Below are positions 18,103-28,243 of a stretch of 64,000 bases of DNA, piece by piece; position 1 is the first letter of the stretch, and each line of letters begins with the position of its first letter. The notes under the pieces were generated by a model. The model saw only the letters and a program-made list of their open reading frames with translations, did no database searches and was not told where the DNA came from. The DNA is from an uncultured Bacillota bacterium (GTDB lineage Bacteria > Sysuimicrobiota > Sysuimicrobiia > Sysuimicrobiales > Segetimicrobiaceae). A program made the position numbers and the translations under genes. Where the stretch lies: the NCBI GenBank assembly GCA_963804645.1, contig CAWDRG010000015.1, positions 32,001 through 96,000 of the forward strand, written 5' to 3'.

Positions 18103-20733
18103 CTACAGTCGTCTTCGCGCCTCACGGACGGCTTCGTCCAGCGTCATGGCACCTCCCTCGGCCCACGCGGCTGAAAACGCATCGTCCCCAAGTTCAGCGC
18201 GCGCCGCGCTGATCTGCCGATCGTACGGGCGATCCGCCGGAGGCAACAGTGCCCTGAGGGATTGCCGCAGGGCGTTCGCCGCTCCAAACAGCAGCGCCGC
18301 AAGTCTGGCTTGCCCCTGCGCGCCCGCCAGCCACGCAAATCCTTCCAGAGCATACGCGATGCCGCGCTCGTCGCCCAACTCCTGGCGGAGCACGAGACTT
18401 TCGTCAAAGAGCGACCGCGCCGACTGATACTCGGCCCTGTTGCAGGCAACAAATCCCAGGTTGACCAGGGCCATGGCGATGCCTTGCTTGTCGCCGCGCT
18501 CACGATAAATGGTCAGGCTCTCCTCAATCAACACAAGCGCCGTCTCATAGTCTGCCTGACGGTAGGCGAGACGCCCGAGGTTGTGGAGGGAGGCGGCGAT
18601 CCCCCAAATATCCTCCAGCCGGCGCCTGATGGCGAGGCTTTCCTCAAAGAATGCGCGTGCGGACGCGTATGCACCCTGTCCGGCGGCCACCATCCCCAAG
18701 CCGTTGAGCGTGAAGGCAACACCCGCGTCGTTCCCAACCTCGCGCCACAGATCCAGTGCCTGCTTATAGAAGTGCTCGCCGGCGGCGAAGTCGCTCTGGC
18801 CAAAGACCGCGAGACTGCCGGCCCCCTGCAGCGCCTTTGCACGGACGGCGCTTGCCACATGATCGCCCCCGCGTGCCAGGGTCTCCACCCATTTCCGGCC
18901 TTCGTCGAAGTGTCCGCGGATGTACCAAAATCGCCACACCGCGCCGGCGATCCGCACCCCCGCCTCAATGTTGTTGCTGGTGCTCGCCCATTCCATCGCC
19001 GCGCGCAGGTTATCGTGCTCAGCGGTGAGGCGCTCCACCCAGTTCGTTTGCTGGGCGCCCACCAATTCGGGTTCCGCAGATTCGGCCAGCGCCACATACC
19101 AGTCGAGATGCCGTCTTCTCGCTGCTTCTTCCTCTCCGGCCTCGGAGAGTCGCTCCCGACCGTACTGCACGATGGTTTCAAGACATCGATAACGAATGCG
19201 CCCGCGCTCCTCATCGGCGAAGATCCACGATTTGAACGTGAGGTGTGTCAGCAGATCCATCGCATCTTGCGCGCGTACGTGACTGCCTTCGCAGATCGCC
19301 TCCGCCGCATCCAGCGTCCAGCCTCCGGCGAAGATCGATAAACGCCGCAGAGTGGCTTGCTCCGGCACCGACAGCAGATGGTATCCCCAGTCCATCGCCG
19401 CTCGGAGCGTCTGCTGCCTCGGCAAGGCCGTCCGGCTTCCTCGTGTGAGCAGGCGGAAGCAGTCGCCCAGGCGCACCGCAATTTCCTCAACCGGCAGCGT
19501 CGGGACCCTTGCGGCGGCGAGCTCAATCGCGAGCGGTATCCCGTCGAGCCGCTGGCACACGTCCGCGACGGCGCGAGCGTTTTCCGGCGTGAGCGCAAAA
19601 TTCTGCTGGACGGCCGCGGCCCGCTCAACGAACAGACGGACCGCTTCATATTCCATGAGGGCGTCCAGGGACGGCAGCTGCCGTGGGTCGGGGAAGGACA
19701 GCGACGGCACCCGCCACACAGTTTCCCCCAGAACGTCCAGGGGCTCCCGGCTGGTGGCGAGCACGCGCAGGCCCGGGCAGGCCTGCAGCAGCGCCACCGC
19801 GAGCGTCGCACACGCGTCGACAAGGTGCTCGCAGTTGTCGAGGACCAACAGCATCTGTTTGGAGCGCAGGTCATCCATCAGAACCGTCTGAAGTGAATGA
19901 CCGGGGGCTTCTCGAAGATCGAGCGCCGCCGCCACAGTCGGCAGCACGAGGGCCGGATCGGACAGGGCTGCCAATTCCACGAACAGCACGCCATCCGGGT
20001 ATTCCTCGAGTACGGCCGCGGCCGTCGCGAGGCTCATCCGCGTTTTCCCGCACCCGCCCGATCCGGTGACGGTCAGCAGCCGGGTCGAGGCGAGGAGTCG
20101 TCTGACATCGGCAAGTTCACGCTCGCGTCCCACAAAGCTGCTGAGCAGCCAAGGCAAAATCTGTCTGCCGTTGAGCTGGGACCGGAGCGGCGGGAAGTCC
20201 GCGGGCAGACTCGGATGCAGTACCTGGAAGATTCGCTCAGGCTCCCGCAGGTCTTTGAGACGATGCCGCCCCAAGTTGCGCAGGCTCGCGCCGCCGGGCA
20301 AATTGCGGACGACGAGCAGCGCGGTGGCCTCCGAAAGGAGAATTTGTCCGCCGTACCCCGCCGCGCAAATGCGCGCCGCGCGATTCACATCGAGCCCGAC
20401 GTAGTCCGTCATCCCGGGCATGGGCTCTCCGGTGTGCAGTCCCATTCGCGTCCGGAGGACCAGCCCCGACGGCCACGCATGCGCCATCAACGCGCGCTGC
20501 GCCGCGATCGCTGCGGCGACGCCGTCCTGCGCACGGCGGAACACGACCAGGAAACCGTCTCCACGGCTGCTGATCTCTTCCGCGGCGGCGGCCTCGAACG
20601 CCGCACGCAGGTGGCGGTCGTGCGCGGCGCTGGCTTCCATAAAAACCGCGTCTCCTAGTTGCTGCAGGAGTTCGGTGGATCCCTCAAGGTCTGTAAAGAG
20701 GAAGGTACGTGTGCCGGAGAGCCGCCTTGACAT
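18103..20733 (-). CDS. class III nucleotide cyclase - STAND NTPase - TPR protein
   Basis: FLFTDLEGST, GDGF, RMGLHTGE, DVNRAARI (cyclase); FVGRERE, TGSGGCGKT, LVLDNCEH, LATSRE, LDGIPLAIELAAAR (STAND); C-terminal TPRs; no HTH. Start set at MSRRLSG. Confidence 0.9.
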   Translation of the reverse strand: MSRRLSGTRTFLFTDLEGSTELLQQLGDAVFMEASAAHDRHLRAAFEAAAAEEISSRGDGFLVVFRRAQDGVAAAIAAQRALMAHAWPSGLVLRTRMGLHTGEPMPGMTDYVGLDVNRAARICAAGYGGQILLSEATALLVVRNLPGGASLRNLGRHRLKDLREPERIFQVLHPSLPADFPPLRSQLNGRQILPWLLSSFVGRERELADVRRLLASTRLLTVTGSGGCGKTRMSLATAAAVLEEYPDGVLFVELAALSDPALVLPTVAAALDLREAPGHSLQTVLMDDLRSKQMLLVLDNCEHLVDACATLAVALLQACPGLRVLATSREPLDVLGETVWRVPSLSFPDPRQLPSLDALMEYEAVRLFVERAAAVQQNFALTPENARAVADVCQRLDGIPLAIELAAARVPTLPVEEIAVRLGDCFRLLTRGSRTALPRQQTLRAAMDWGYHLLSVPEQATLRRLSIFAGGWTLDAAEAICEGSHVRAQDAMDLLTHLTFKSWIFADEERGRIRYRCLETIVQYGRERLSEAGEEEAARRRHLDWYVALAESAEPELVGAQQTNWVERLTAEHDNLRAAMEWASTSNNIEAGVRIAGAVWRFWYIRGHFDEGRKWVETLARGGDHVASAVRAKALQGAGSLAVFGQSDFAAGEHFYKQALDLWREVGNDAGVAFTLNGLGMVAAGQGAYASARAFFEESLAIRRRLEDIWGIAASLHNLGRLAYRQADYETALVLIEESLTIYRERGDKQGIAMALVNLGFVACNRAEYQSARSLFDESLVLRQELGDERGIAYALEGFAWLAGAQGQARLAALLFGAANALRQSLRALLPPADRPYDRQISAARAELGDDAFSAAWAEGGAMTLDEAVREARRRL

Positions 20734-21062
20734 CCGCGCCCTCCCCCAACTGCCACGCATCGCCATTGAATGTGCTGGCTTGCGGATGGTGTTCAACGGG
20801 TCCGTTGACACTCCTTCCCGCACCGGGATCCGCCGCGGCCAGCCGCATCGCAGGCCTGTCGTCGCCGTTCGCACCCGGGGCGGTGTCGCAATGATACCGG
20901 ACCCCGCCGGACACGGCCGTGATTCACATCACAATCTGAGGGCGGCGTCCCCGGAACGCCGCGCGGGGGCGCCTGGAGGAACGCACCTCCCTGCGGGCGG
21001 CTGGAGGGGGATGCCGGGATGTCCGGTGCGGGGAACCCTGCCGGGTGCCCGGATTTCGGGAA

Positions 21063-21071
21063 TGCTATAAT
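21063..21071 (+). promoter_or_regulatory. extended -10 promoter of htrA
   Basis: TGCTATAAT, 36 nt before ATG 21108. Confidence 0.65.
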
Positions 21072-21107
21072 AAGGAACGCCCGACGATGTCAAGGAGGGA
21101 TCGCAGC

Positions 21108-22319
21108 ATGGCAACGCAGCCCACGGCCCCGCGCCGGCCCGGCGGAGTCGCGTACCCGGGAGTGGTGTGGTTGGTGTTGGTGGCCGTGGCGGCCGGCGCG
21201 CTGCTCGGGGGCATGGTGCTGCCCCGGTACGTGAACGTGCAGTCGATGCTGCCGCAGGTGTCTCCGCCGCTCAGCCCCCACGCGGTGCCGCCCGCCGGCG
21301 GCGGGACCGCGCCCGTGCCGCCGGGCGCCCCGACGCCCAACGCCGCCGTGCTGCCGGTGCCGCCCCAAGGCAGCGGGCTGACGCCCGAGGAGTCGGTGGT
21401 GATCAACGTCGTCAAGTCCGTCCGCCCCGCCGTCGTCAACATCAACACCGAGGCGCAGGTGCAGACGATGTTCGGCGCCTATCCCGAGCAGGGCGCCGGT
21501 TCGGGCGTGATCGTGCGGACGGACGGCTACGTGCTCACGAACAACCACGTGGTGGAGGGCGCGACCACGATCCGAGTCACGCTGGCTGGCGGGAAAACGC
21601 TGCCCGGGAAGGTCGTGGGGACCGATCCGTTCGCGGACCTCGCCGTTGTCAAGGTGGACTCTCCCGATCCGCTGCCTGCGGCGGCGCTCGGCAGCAGCAG
21701 CAACCTCCAGGTCGGGCAGCTCGCGATCGCGATCGGGAACCCGTTTGGATTGGGCAGCACCGTGACGACCGGCGTCGTGAGCGCGTTGAATCGGAGCATC
21801 CAGATGCCGAACATGATCGTGGAGAACCTGATCCAGACGTCGGCGCAGATCAATCCCGGGAACAGCGGCGGCGCGCTCGTCGACAGCAGCGGCCGCGTGA
21901 TCGGGATCAATACCGCGATCCTCCCGAACGCCCAGGGCATCGGGTTTGCGATCCCGAGCGACGTCGCGCGGGTCGAGATGGAGCAGTTGATCACGAAGGG
22001 GCAGGTCGTCCGCCCGTGGGTGGGCGTGGACTACGGCGGCGAGATCGACCCGCAGGTGGCCAAAGCCTATAACCTCAACACCGACCACGGGATGCTCGTG
22101 CGCGGCGTCGAGCCGGGGTCGCCCGCGGCCAAGGCCGGGCTGCAGCCGAACGACATCATCACCGAGGTCTCGGGACAGCCCGTCACCAGCTGGAACGACT
22201 TTGTGCAGACGATCATCGGGAAGAAGATCGGCGACACGGTCACGCTGACGTACATACGCGACGGCGCGACCCACAAGGTCTCGGTCACCCTGACCGAACG
22301 GCCGGCAGAAACGCACTAA
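21108..22319 (+). CDS. htrA: HtrA/DegP-family serine protease with PDZ domain
   Basis: N-terminal TM helix; LTNNHVV, DLAVVKV, INPGNSGGAL; one PDZ domain; SD AAGGAGG. Confidence 0.93.
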   Translation: MATQPTAPRRPGGVAYPGVVWLVLVAVAAGALLGGMVLPRYVNVQSMLPQVSPPLSPHAVPPAGGGTAPVPPGAPTPNAAVLPVPPQGSGLTPEESVVINVVKSVRPAVVNINTEAQVQTMFGAYPEQGAGSGVIVRTDGYVLTNNHVVEGATTIRVTLAGGKTLPGKVVGTDPFADLAVVKVDSPDPLPAAALGSSSNLQVGQLAIAIGNPFGLGSTVTTGVVSALNRSIQMPNMIVENLIQTSAQINPGNSGGALVDSSGRVIGINTAILPNAQGIGFAIPSDVARVEMEQLITKGQVVRPWVGVDYGGEIDPQVAKAYNLNTDHGMLVRGVEPGSPAAKAGLQPNDIITEVSGQPVTSWNDFVQTIIGKKIGDTVTLTYIRDGATHKVSVTLTERPAETH

Positions 22320-22356
22320 CGTGCCCGGCCCGGCGGATGGCGCGAAAGGGGAAGGC

Positions 22357-23325
22357 ATGGAGCGGACGCTCGCGATCGACGTCGTGACCGTGACCGAGGC
22401 CGCGGCGATGGCCGCCGCCCACCACATGGGCGAGGGGGACAACGACCGCGCCGACCAGGCTGCGGTGACGGCGATGCGCGACACGCTGGGGCGGCTGCCG
22501 ATCCACGGCCGCATCGTGATCGGGGAGGGGGAGCGGGACGAGGCCCCGATGCTGTTCATCGGGGAGGAGGTCGGCACCGGCCGCGGGTTCGACGTCGACA
22601 TCGCCGTCGATCCGGTGGAGGGCACCAACCTCGTCGCCAAGGGCCAGCCCAACTCGATCGCCATTCTCGCGATCTCCGAGCGCGGCGGGATTCTCCACGC
22701 GCCGGACATTTACATGGAGAAGCTGATCGTCCCGCCGCAGGCGGCCGGCAAGGTCGATCTCCGGTGGCCTCCCGAGCGCAACCTCCAGGTCCTGGCCGAC
22801 GTGCTCGACCGCCGGGTGACGGACATCACGGTCGTGATTCTCGACCGGCCCCGGCACGCCGATCTGATCAAGGCGGTGCGCCGCACCGGGGCGCGGATCA
22901 AGCTGATCTCGGACGGCGACACCGCGCCCGCGATCTCGGTCGCCGTCTCCGGCACGGGCGTGCACGCGGTGATGGGCATCGGGGGGGCGCCCGAGGGCGT
23001 GCTCGCCGCGGCCGCGCTGCGCTGTCTCGGCGGTGAGATGCAGGGGCGCCTGTGGTATCGGAACGAGGAGGAGCGGGAGCGCACCAAGAGCATGGGCATC
23101 AGCGATCCCGACCGGATCTTCCGGACCGAGGAGCTGGTGCGCGGCACCAACATCGTCTTCGCCGCGACCGGGATCACCGACGGCGACCTGTTCCGCGGCG
23201 TCCGGCTGTTCGGCGGCGGCGTCCGCACGCACTCCCTGATGATGACCTCGGCGACGCGCGAGATTCGCTTCGTCGACACCATCCACATTCAGGACCCGGC
23301 CCGGATCGGTGTCGTCCGGCTGTAG
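22357..23325 (+). CDS. glpX: fructose-1,6-bisphosphatase class II
   Basis: VIGEGERDEAPML, DPVEGT, LDRPRH, GGAPEGV, ATGITDG. Confidence 0.96.
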   Translation: MERTLAIDVVTVTEAAAMAAAHHMGEGDNDRADQAAVTAMRDTLGRLPIHGRIVIGEGERDEAPMLFIGEEVGTGRGFDVDIAVDPVEGTNLVAKGQPNSIAILAISERGGILHAPDIYMEKLIVPPQAAGKVDLRWPPERNLQVLADVLDRRVTDITVVILDRPRHADLIKAVRRTGARIKLISDGDTAPAISVAVSGTGVHAVMGIGGAPEGVLAAAALRCLGGEMQGRLWYRNEEERERTKSMGISDPDRIFRTEELVRGTNIVFAATGITDGDLFRGVRLFGGGVRTHSLMMTSATREIRFVDTIHIQDPARIGVVRL

Positions 23326-23376
23326 GACCGCGCCCGGCGGCGGGCGCGGCGCCACGCGGGCCCGGCGGCCGGCCCG

Positions 23377-25047
23377 GTGATCACCCAGGAGCTGCGCGAG
23401 CTCGTGCGGGCGGCGGTGGACCGTGCGGTCGCCGCGGGCGACCTGCCGCCGATCCCCGATCCGATGCCGTCGTTCGAGGTCGCGCCGCCCCGCGACCCCC
23501 GGCACGGCGACTACGCGACGAACGTGGCGCTGGTGCTGGCGAAACAGGTCGGCCGGCCGGCGCGAGACGTCGCCGCCATCGTCCTCCGCCACCTGGGCGT
23601 GCCGTCCGAGATGATCGCGCGCGCGGAATTGGCCGGCCCCGGCTTCGTTAACCTGTTTGTGGCGCCCGCGGTCATCCACCGGTGGCTCGGGCGCGTCCAC
23701 GCCGAGGACACGGCGTACGGCGGCACCGACGTGGGCCGCGGCCGCCGGGTCCTCGTGGAGTACGTCAGCGCCAACCCCACCGGGCCCCTCCACGTCGGCA
23801 CCGGTCGCAACGGGGCGGTCGGCGAGACGATTGCCCGTCTGCTGGAGGCGCTCGGCTTTCGGGTCTCCCGCGAATTCTACGTGAACGACTACGGCGCCCA
23901 GGTCGAGCTGCTCGCGCGGTCGGTCGAGGCACGGTATCTCGAGTTGTTGGGCCGCCCGTTCGAGGTCCCCGCGGACGGCTATCAGGGGGCGTACGTCGCG
24001 GAGATCGCGCAGCGGATCCTCGAGTCCGAGGGCCCCGGCCTGGCCGACGCCGGTGCGGCGCGCCTGCCGCGTATCCAGGAACTGGCCGTCCGCATGATGG
24101 TCGAGGAGATTCGCGAGAGCCTCGAAGAGTTCGGCATCCGGTTCGACACGTGGTTCAGCGAGCGGAGTCTGCACGACGGCGGCGCGGTCGGCCGGTGCCT
24201 CGAGGCGCTGCGGGCCCAGGACCTAGTCTATGAGGAGGACGGCGCGCTCTGGTTCCGGTCGACGCGATTCGGCGACGACAAGGACCGCGTGATCGTGCGC
24301 AGCGACGGGCGCCCGACGTATTTCGCCATCGACGTTCCCTACCACCTGGACAAATACGCGCGCGGGTTCGACCATCTGATCGACGTCTGGGGGGTCGACC
24401 ACGTCGGGGACGTCGCCCGCGTCCGAGGCGCGCTCGAGGCGCTCGGGCACGATCCGTCCACGTTCGAGGTTGTACTGTACCAGCACGTCAGGCTCCGCAA
24501 CGAGGGCGAAGCGGTGCGGATGAGCAAGCGCAGCGGGGATTTCGTCACGCTCCGCGACCTCGTCGAGAGCGTCGGGAAAGACGCCGCCCGCTACTTCTAT
24601 ATTATGGTAAGCTCGTCGGTGCCGATGGATTTCGATCTCGCGCTCGCCCGGCGCCAATCGTCCGAAAACCCAGTATACTACGTCCAGTACGCGCACGCGC
24701 GGATCTGCAGTATACTGAAAGAGGCGGAGCGTCTCGGCGTTCCCGCGCCGGCGCCGGGCGATGCCGATCTCGCGCGGCTGCAGGCGCCCGAGGAGTGGGC
24801 GCTGGCCAAGCGGGTGCTCGACCTGCCCGAGGTGGTCTACGCCGCCGGCACTCGCCGGGAACCTCAACGGCTGTGCGCGTACGCCCGGGAACTTGCAGAA
24901 GCGTTCCACGTATTCTATGGACAGTGCAGGGTCTTGACGGACGATCCGGCGCTGACCGCGGCCCGGCTCGTGCTCGTCGACGCAGTGCGCCGGGCGCTGC
25001 GGAACACGCTCGATCTTGCCGGGGTCACCGCCACGGAGCGAATGTAA
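23377..25047 (+). CDS. argS: arginine--tRNA ligase
   Basis: HGDYATN, EYVSANPTGPLHVG, RMSKRSG, NPVYYVQYAHARI. Confidence 0.96.
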   Translation: MITQELRELVRAAVDRAVAAGDLPPIPDPMPSFEVAPPRDPRHGDYATNVALVLAKQVGRPARDVAAIVLRHLGVPSEMIARAELAGPGFVNLFVAPAVIHRWLGRVHAEDTAYGGTDVGRGRRVLVEYVSANPTGPLHVGTGRNGAVGETIARLLEALGFRVSREFYVNDYGAQVELLARSVEARYLELLGRPFEVPADGYQGAYVAEIAQRILESEGPGLADAGAARLPRIQELAVRMMVEEIRESLEEFGIRFDTWFSERSLHDGGAVGRCLEALRAQDLVYEEDGALWFRSTRFGDDKDRVIVRSDGRPTYFAIDVPYHLDKYARGFDHLIDVWGVDHVGDVARVRGALEALGHDPSTFEVVLYQHVRLRNEGEAVRMSKRSGDFVTLRDLVESVGKDAARYFYIMVSSSVPMDFDLALARRQSSENPVYYVQYAHARICSILKEAERLGVPAPAPGDADLARLQAPEEWALAKRVLDLPEVVYAAGTRREPQRLCAYARELAEAFHVFYGQCRVLTDDPALTAARLVLVDAVRRALRNTLDLAGVTATERM

Positions 25048-25451
25048 CAGGACGGTCTCCACGCGCCCCTCGGGACGCGGCGGAGCGAGGAGAATCCGAT
25101 CGGGGAAAGAAGGAGTATAACGTATTGCAGAGAATACCGCGCGCAAGGTTCATGGCTCATCCCGCGTGTTGCCCAGTCGCGTGTGGGCCCGGTGCAGGTC
25201 GATCCGGGTAGCGCGGCTTCTGAGTCTGCGGAGGCCCCGAGCGCACGGCCCGTTTGTGTAGCCATCCTTCTGGCGATGTGCTCGCATGTTCCCCCATCCG
25301 GTCGTCATTGCGTGGTGTCCTCCTGACGCACTCGGCACCCTCCCGTGACGGCCGCGGCGGAGATGAGGTGGTTGAACGACGGAACAGCATTTAGGAAGAC
25401 CGCAGCGCCTCGGCGCGGCGCCGCTCGGCAGAGCTGAGGAGGGTTGAAGCG

Positions 25452-26705
25452 ATGACATTACGCAGCCGGACAGTCCTCGCGATGGTCCTGGCAGCCTCGA
25501 TGGCCGTGATGGCCGCGGTCGGCGCGTCGGCGGACGCGCTGTTCTCGGACATCGGAGGCAGCCCGTACCAGCAGGCGATTACGAAACTCGCCGTCGTCGG
25601 CGTGATTCCCGGAAACCCGGACGGCACGTTTAAACCCGATCAGGCGATCACCCGGCTGCAGGCCGTGGAGGCGCTGGCGACCGGTCTGGACGTCCAGGGC
25701 ACGGGCGCGATCCCCGCGTACGCGGACGCCAGCCAGATTCCGGACAGCGTCAAGCCGGCGATCGCCGCGCTGCTCAACACCGGGGCGGCGTCCCAGCAGA
25801 AAGCCGTGGTCACCGACGGAGACGTCAGCTACACGCTGACCACGGACAAGGCGGTGTACGGCGTCGACGACCCGGTCGATCTGACGTTCACGGTGTCCAA
25901 CACCGGGAAGAACGACGTGACGTTTCAGTTTCCGACGACGCAGAACTACGACTTCGTCATCAAGCGTGGGGACACCGAGCTCGCGCGCTGGTCGCTCGGC
26001 CAGACGTTCATCCAGCAGCCCACGTCGGTCACCCTGGCCGGGGGGCACGCGTTCTCGTTCGAGACGCGGTGGCTGCAGAAGGACCAGGACAGCCATCCGG
26101 TCCCGCCGGGCGTCTACACGCTGAGCGCGGTGTTTCCGCTGAAGGATCACCCGATCCTGGTCAGCCTCGACTTCCAGAAGGGCCTGCTGGCGACGTTCCC
26201 GGACAACACGTTCCGACCGAACAGCACGGTGCCCCGCGCGGAGTTCGCGGCGCTCTTGATCCGTGCGATGGGCCTGCAGGGTGAGGCGACGCAGAAGGCT
26301 CAGGCGACGCTCTCGATCAAGGACGCGGCCGATGTGCCGCCGGCGCTCCATGGGTACGTCGCCGCGGCGATCGACCACAAGCTGATGCCGCCGTACGCCG
26401 ACGGGACGTGGAAGCCGAACCAGCCGACGACCCGGGGCGAGGCCGCGTTCGCGCTGGCCGGCGTCATGGATGGGCTCAACAAGTTCAACTACATCAAGGG
26501 CACGCTCGTGGGCGTGACCGGCGGCAACATCACGGTGAGCAGCGCCAACAAGACGATCACCAGCTTTGCGATGACGCCGGCGGTCGCGATCTACCGCAAC
26601 GGCAAGGCGGTCGCCGTGGGCGATCTCAAGGCCAACGATCAGGTGACGCTCCTGCTTACCGGGCCCCAGGGCCGCGCCGGATATGTGGAGGCGGCCGGGC
26701 CGTGA
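25452..26705 (+). CDS. S-layer homology (SLH) protein with inserted BsuPI-like Ig domain
   Basis: signal peptide (ADA); SLH motifs GTFKPDQAITR, NTFRPNSTVPRAE, GTWKPNQPTTRGE; BsuPI-like TDKAVY..LTFTVSN..QNYDFVI..RWS..PGVY. Confidence 0.85.
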   Translation: MTLRSRTVLAMVLAASMAVMAAVGASADALFSDIGGSPYQQAITKLAVVGVIPGNPDGTFKPDQAITRLQAVEALATGLDVQGTGAIPAYADASQIPDSVKPAIAALLNTGAASQQKAVVTDGDVSYTLTTDKAVYGVDDPVDLTFTVSNTGKNDVTFQFPTTQNYDFVIKRGDTELARWSLGQTFIQQPTSVTLAGGHAFSFETRWLQKDQDSHPVPPGVYTLSAVFPLKDHPILVSLDFQKGLLATFPDNTFRPNSTVPRAEFAALLIRAMGLQGEATQKAQATLSIKDAADVPPALHGYVAAAIDHKLMPPYADGTWKPNQPTTRGEAAFALAGVMDGLNKFNYIKGTLVGVTGGNITVSSANKTITSFAMTPAVAIYRNGKAVAVGDLKANDQVTLLLTGPQGRAGYVEAAGP

Positions 26706-26783
26706 GCGCGTCAGTAACGCATCGGATCGTCCGCGGATCCCCATCCGACTGGGCGGAGCGGGGTGTGATGGAGGTGGCACGGC

Positions 26784-28043
26784 GTGGCGATTGCTGAACT
26801 CGAAACCAAGAGCATGAACGAGCTCCAAGATCTCGCCAAAGAGCTGAACATTCCCAATTTCCGGCGCTATCGGAAACAGGAGTTGATCATGAAGATTTTG
26901 CAGGCGCAGACCGAGCAGAGCGGACTGATCTTCCGCGCTGGGGTGCTCGAGATCATGCAGGAAGGCTATGGGTTTCTTCGGACGAGCGGCTATCTGCCGG
27001 GGTCCGAGGACATTTACGTGTCGCCGTCCCAGATCAAGCGGTTCGGGCTGCGGGTGGGGGACGAGGTGCTCGGCCAGGTCCGCGCGCCCAAGGACAACGA
27101 GAAGTACTTCGCCCTGCTGCGCGTCGAGGCGGTGAACGGGCTCGATCCCGAGCAGGCGCGGTCACGCCCCGATTTCGAGAAGCTCACGCCGGTCTTCCCG
27201 CACGAACGCCTCAACCTCGAGCTGCCGCAGAGCGATCTGACGGTGCGCATCGTGGAGCTGTTCGCACCGATCGGCAAAGGGCAGCGTGCGATGATCGTGT
27301 CGCCGCCGAAGGCCGGCAAGACCACGCTGCTCAAGAAGATCGGCCAGAGCATCGTGCAGAATCATCAGGAGATTTACCTGATGGTGCTGCTGCTCGACGA
27401 GCGCCCCGAGGAAGTAACCGACATGCGGCGGTCGGTGGAGGCCGAGGTCGTGGCGTCCACGTTTGATCGGCCGCCCGAAGAGCACGTGCAGGTGGCCGAC
27501 CTGGTGCTGGAGCGCGCGAAGCGGCTCGTCGAGGGCGGCCGCGATGTGGTCGTGCTGCTCGACAGCCTCACCCGGTTTTCACGCGCCAACAACCTCGTGA
27601 TTCCTCCGAGCGGGCGCACGCTGTCGGGCGGGCTCGATCCCGCCGCGCTGCATCGGCCCAAGCGGTTCTTCGGCGCCGCGCGGAAGATCGAGGAAGGCGG
27701 CAGCATCACGATTATCGCGACCGCGCTGATCGATACCGGCAGCCGCATGGACGACGTGATTTACGAGGAGTTCAAGGGCACGGGCAACATGGAGCTTCAC
27801 CTCAACCGGAAGCTGCAGGAGCGGCGGACGTTCCCGGCGATCGACATCAAGCTGTCGGGGACGCGTCGCGAGGAACTGCTGCTTCCCGACGAAGAGCTGC
27901 GGAAGGTGTGGGTGCTGCGCAAGAGCCTCGAGACGCTGGACACGGTCGCGATGACCGAGTTGATTCTCGACCGCCTGCGCAAGACCCCGAACAACCAAGC
28001 GTTTTTGCGTTCGATCATCAAGAACAGCGAGGCGAACACCTAG
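26784..28043 (+). CDS. rho: transcription termination factor Rho
   Basis: GYGFLR, DIYVSPSQI, PIGKGQR, PPKAGKT, EEFKGTGNME. Confidence 0.98.
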   Translation: MAIAELETKSMNELQDLAKELNIPNFRRYRKQELIMKILQAQTEQSGLIFRAGVLEIMQEGYGFLRTSGYLPGSEDIYVSPSQIKRFGLRVGDEVLGQVRAPKDNEKYFALLRVEAVNGLDPEQARSRPDFEKLTPVFPHERLNLELPQSDLTVRIVELFAPIGKGQRAMIVSPPKAGKTTLLKKIGQSIVQNHQEIYLMVLLLDERPEEVTDMRRSVEAEVVASTFDRPPEEHVQVADLVLERAKRLVEGGRDVVVLLDSLTRFSRANNLVIPPSGRTLSGGLDPAALHRPKRFFGAARKIEEGGSITIIATALIDTGSRMDDVIYEEFKGTGNMELHLNRKLQERRTFPAIDIKLSGTRREELLLPDEELRKVWVLRKSLETLDTVAMTELILDRLRKTPNNQAFLRSIIKNSEANT

Positions 28044-28064
28044 CGGTACACGAACACCTGCACG

Positions 28065-28096
28065 CGGGGGACCGCGGCGAGCGCCGCGGTCCCCCG
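28065..28096 (+). terminator. GC-rich hairpin after rho
   Basis: perfect inverted repeat CGGGGGACCGCGGCG-AG-CGCCGCGGTCCCCCG; weak U-tail. Confidence 0.55.
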
Positions 28097-28243
28097 TTCG
28101 GCTGAACAGCCGGCGTTCGGGGCAGGAATCACTAGGACGTCGTCGAAGGCGCACACAGGGCGCGTTCGGTCAGCCATTGCGATGCCGTGTCGCACTACGC
28201 GGCGACTTTCTCGACTTATAGTGATACCGTGTCCGGGGGGCCG

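Noticed and set aside
23791..23802. ArgS HIGH motif reads HVGT
   Set aside because: Within plausible variation for the motif; the rest of the enzyme is intact
25090..25260. c-di-AMP (ydaO) or c-di-GMP riboswitch in the SLH leader
   Set aside because: Only short fragments such as GAATCC match; the consensus blocks were not found
28033..28059. 9-bp direct repeat CGAACACCT at the rho 3' end
   Set aside because: Too short, with no intervening element, to indicate a target-site duplication
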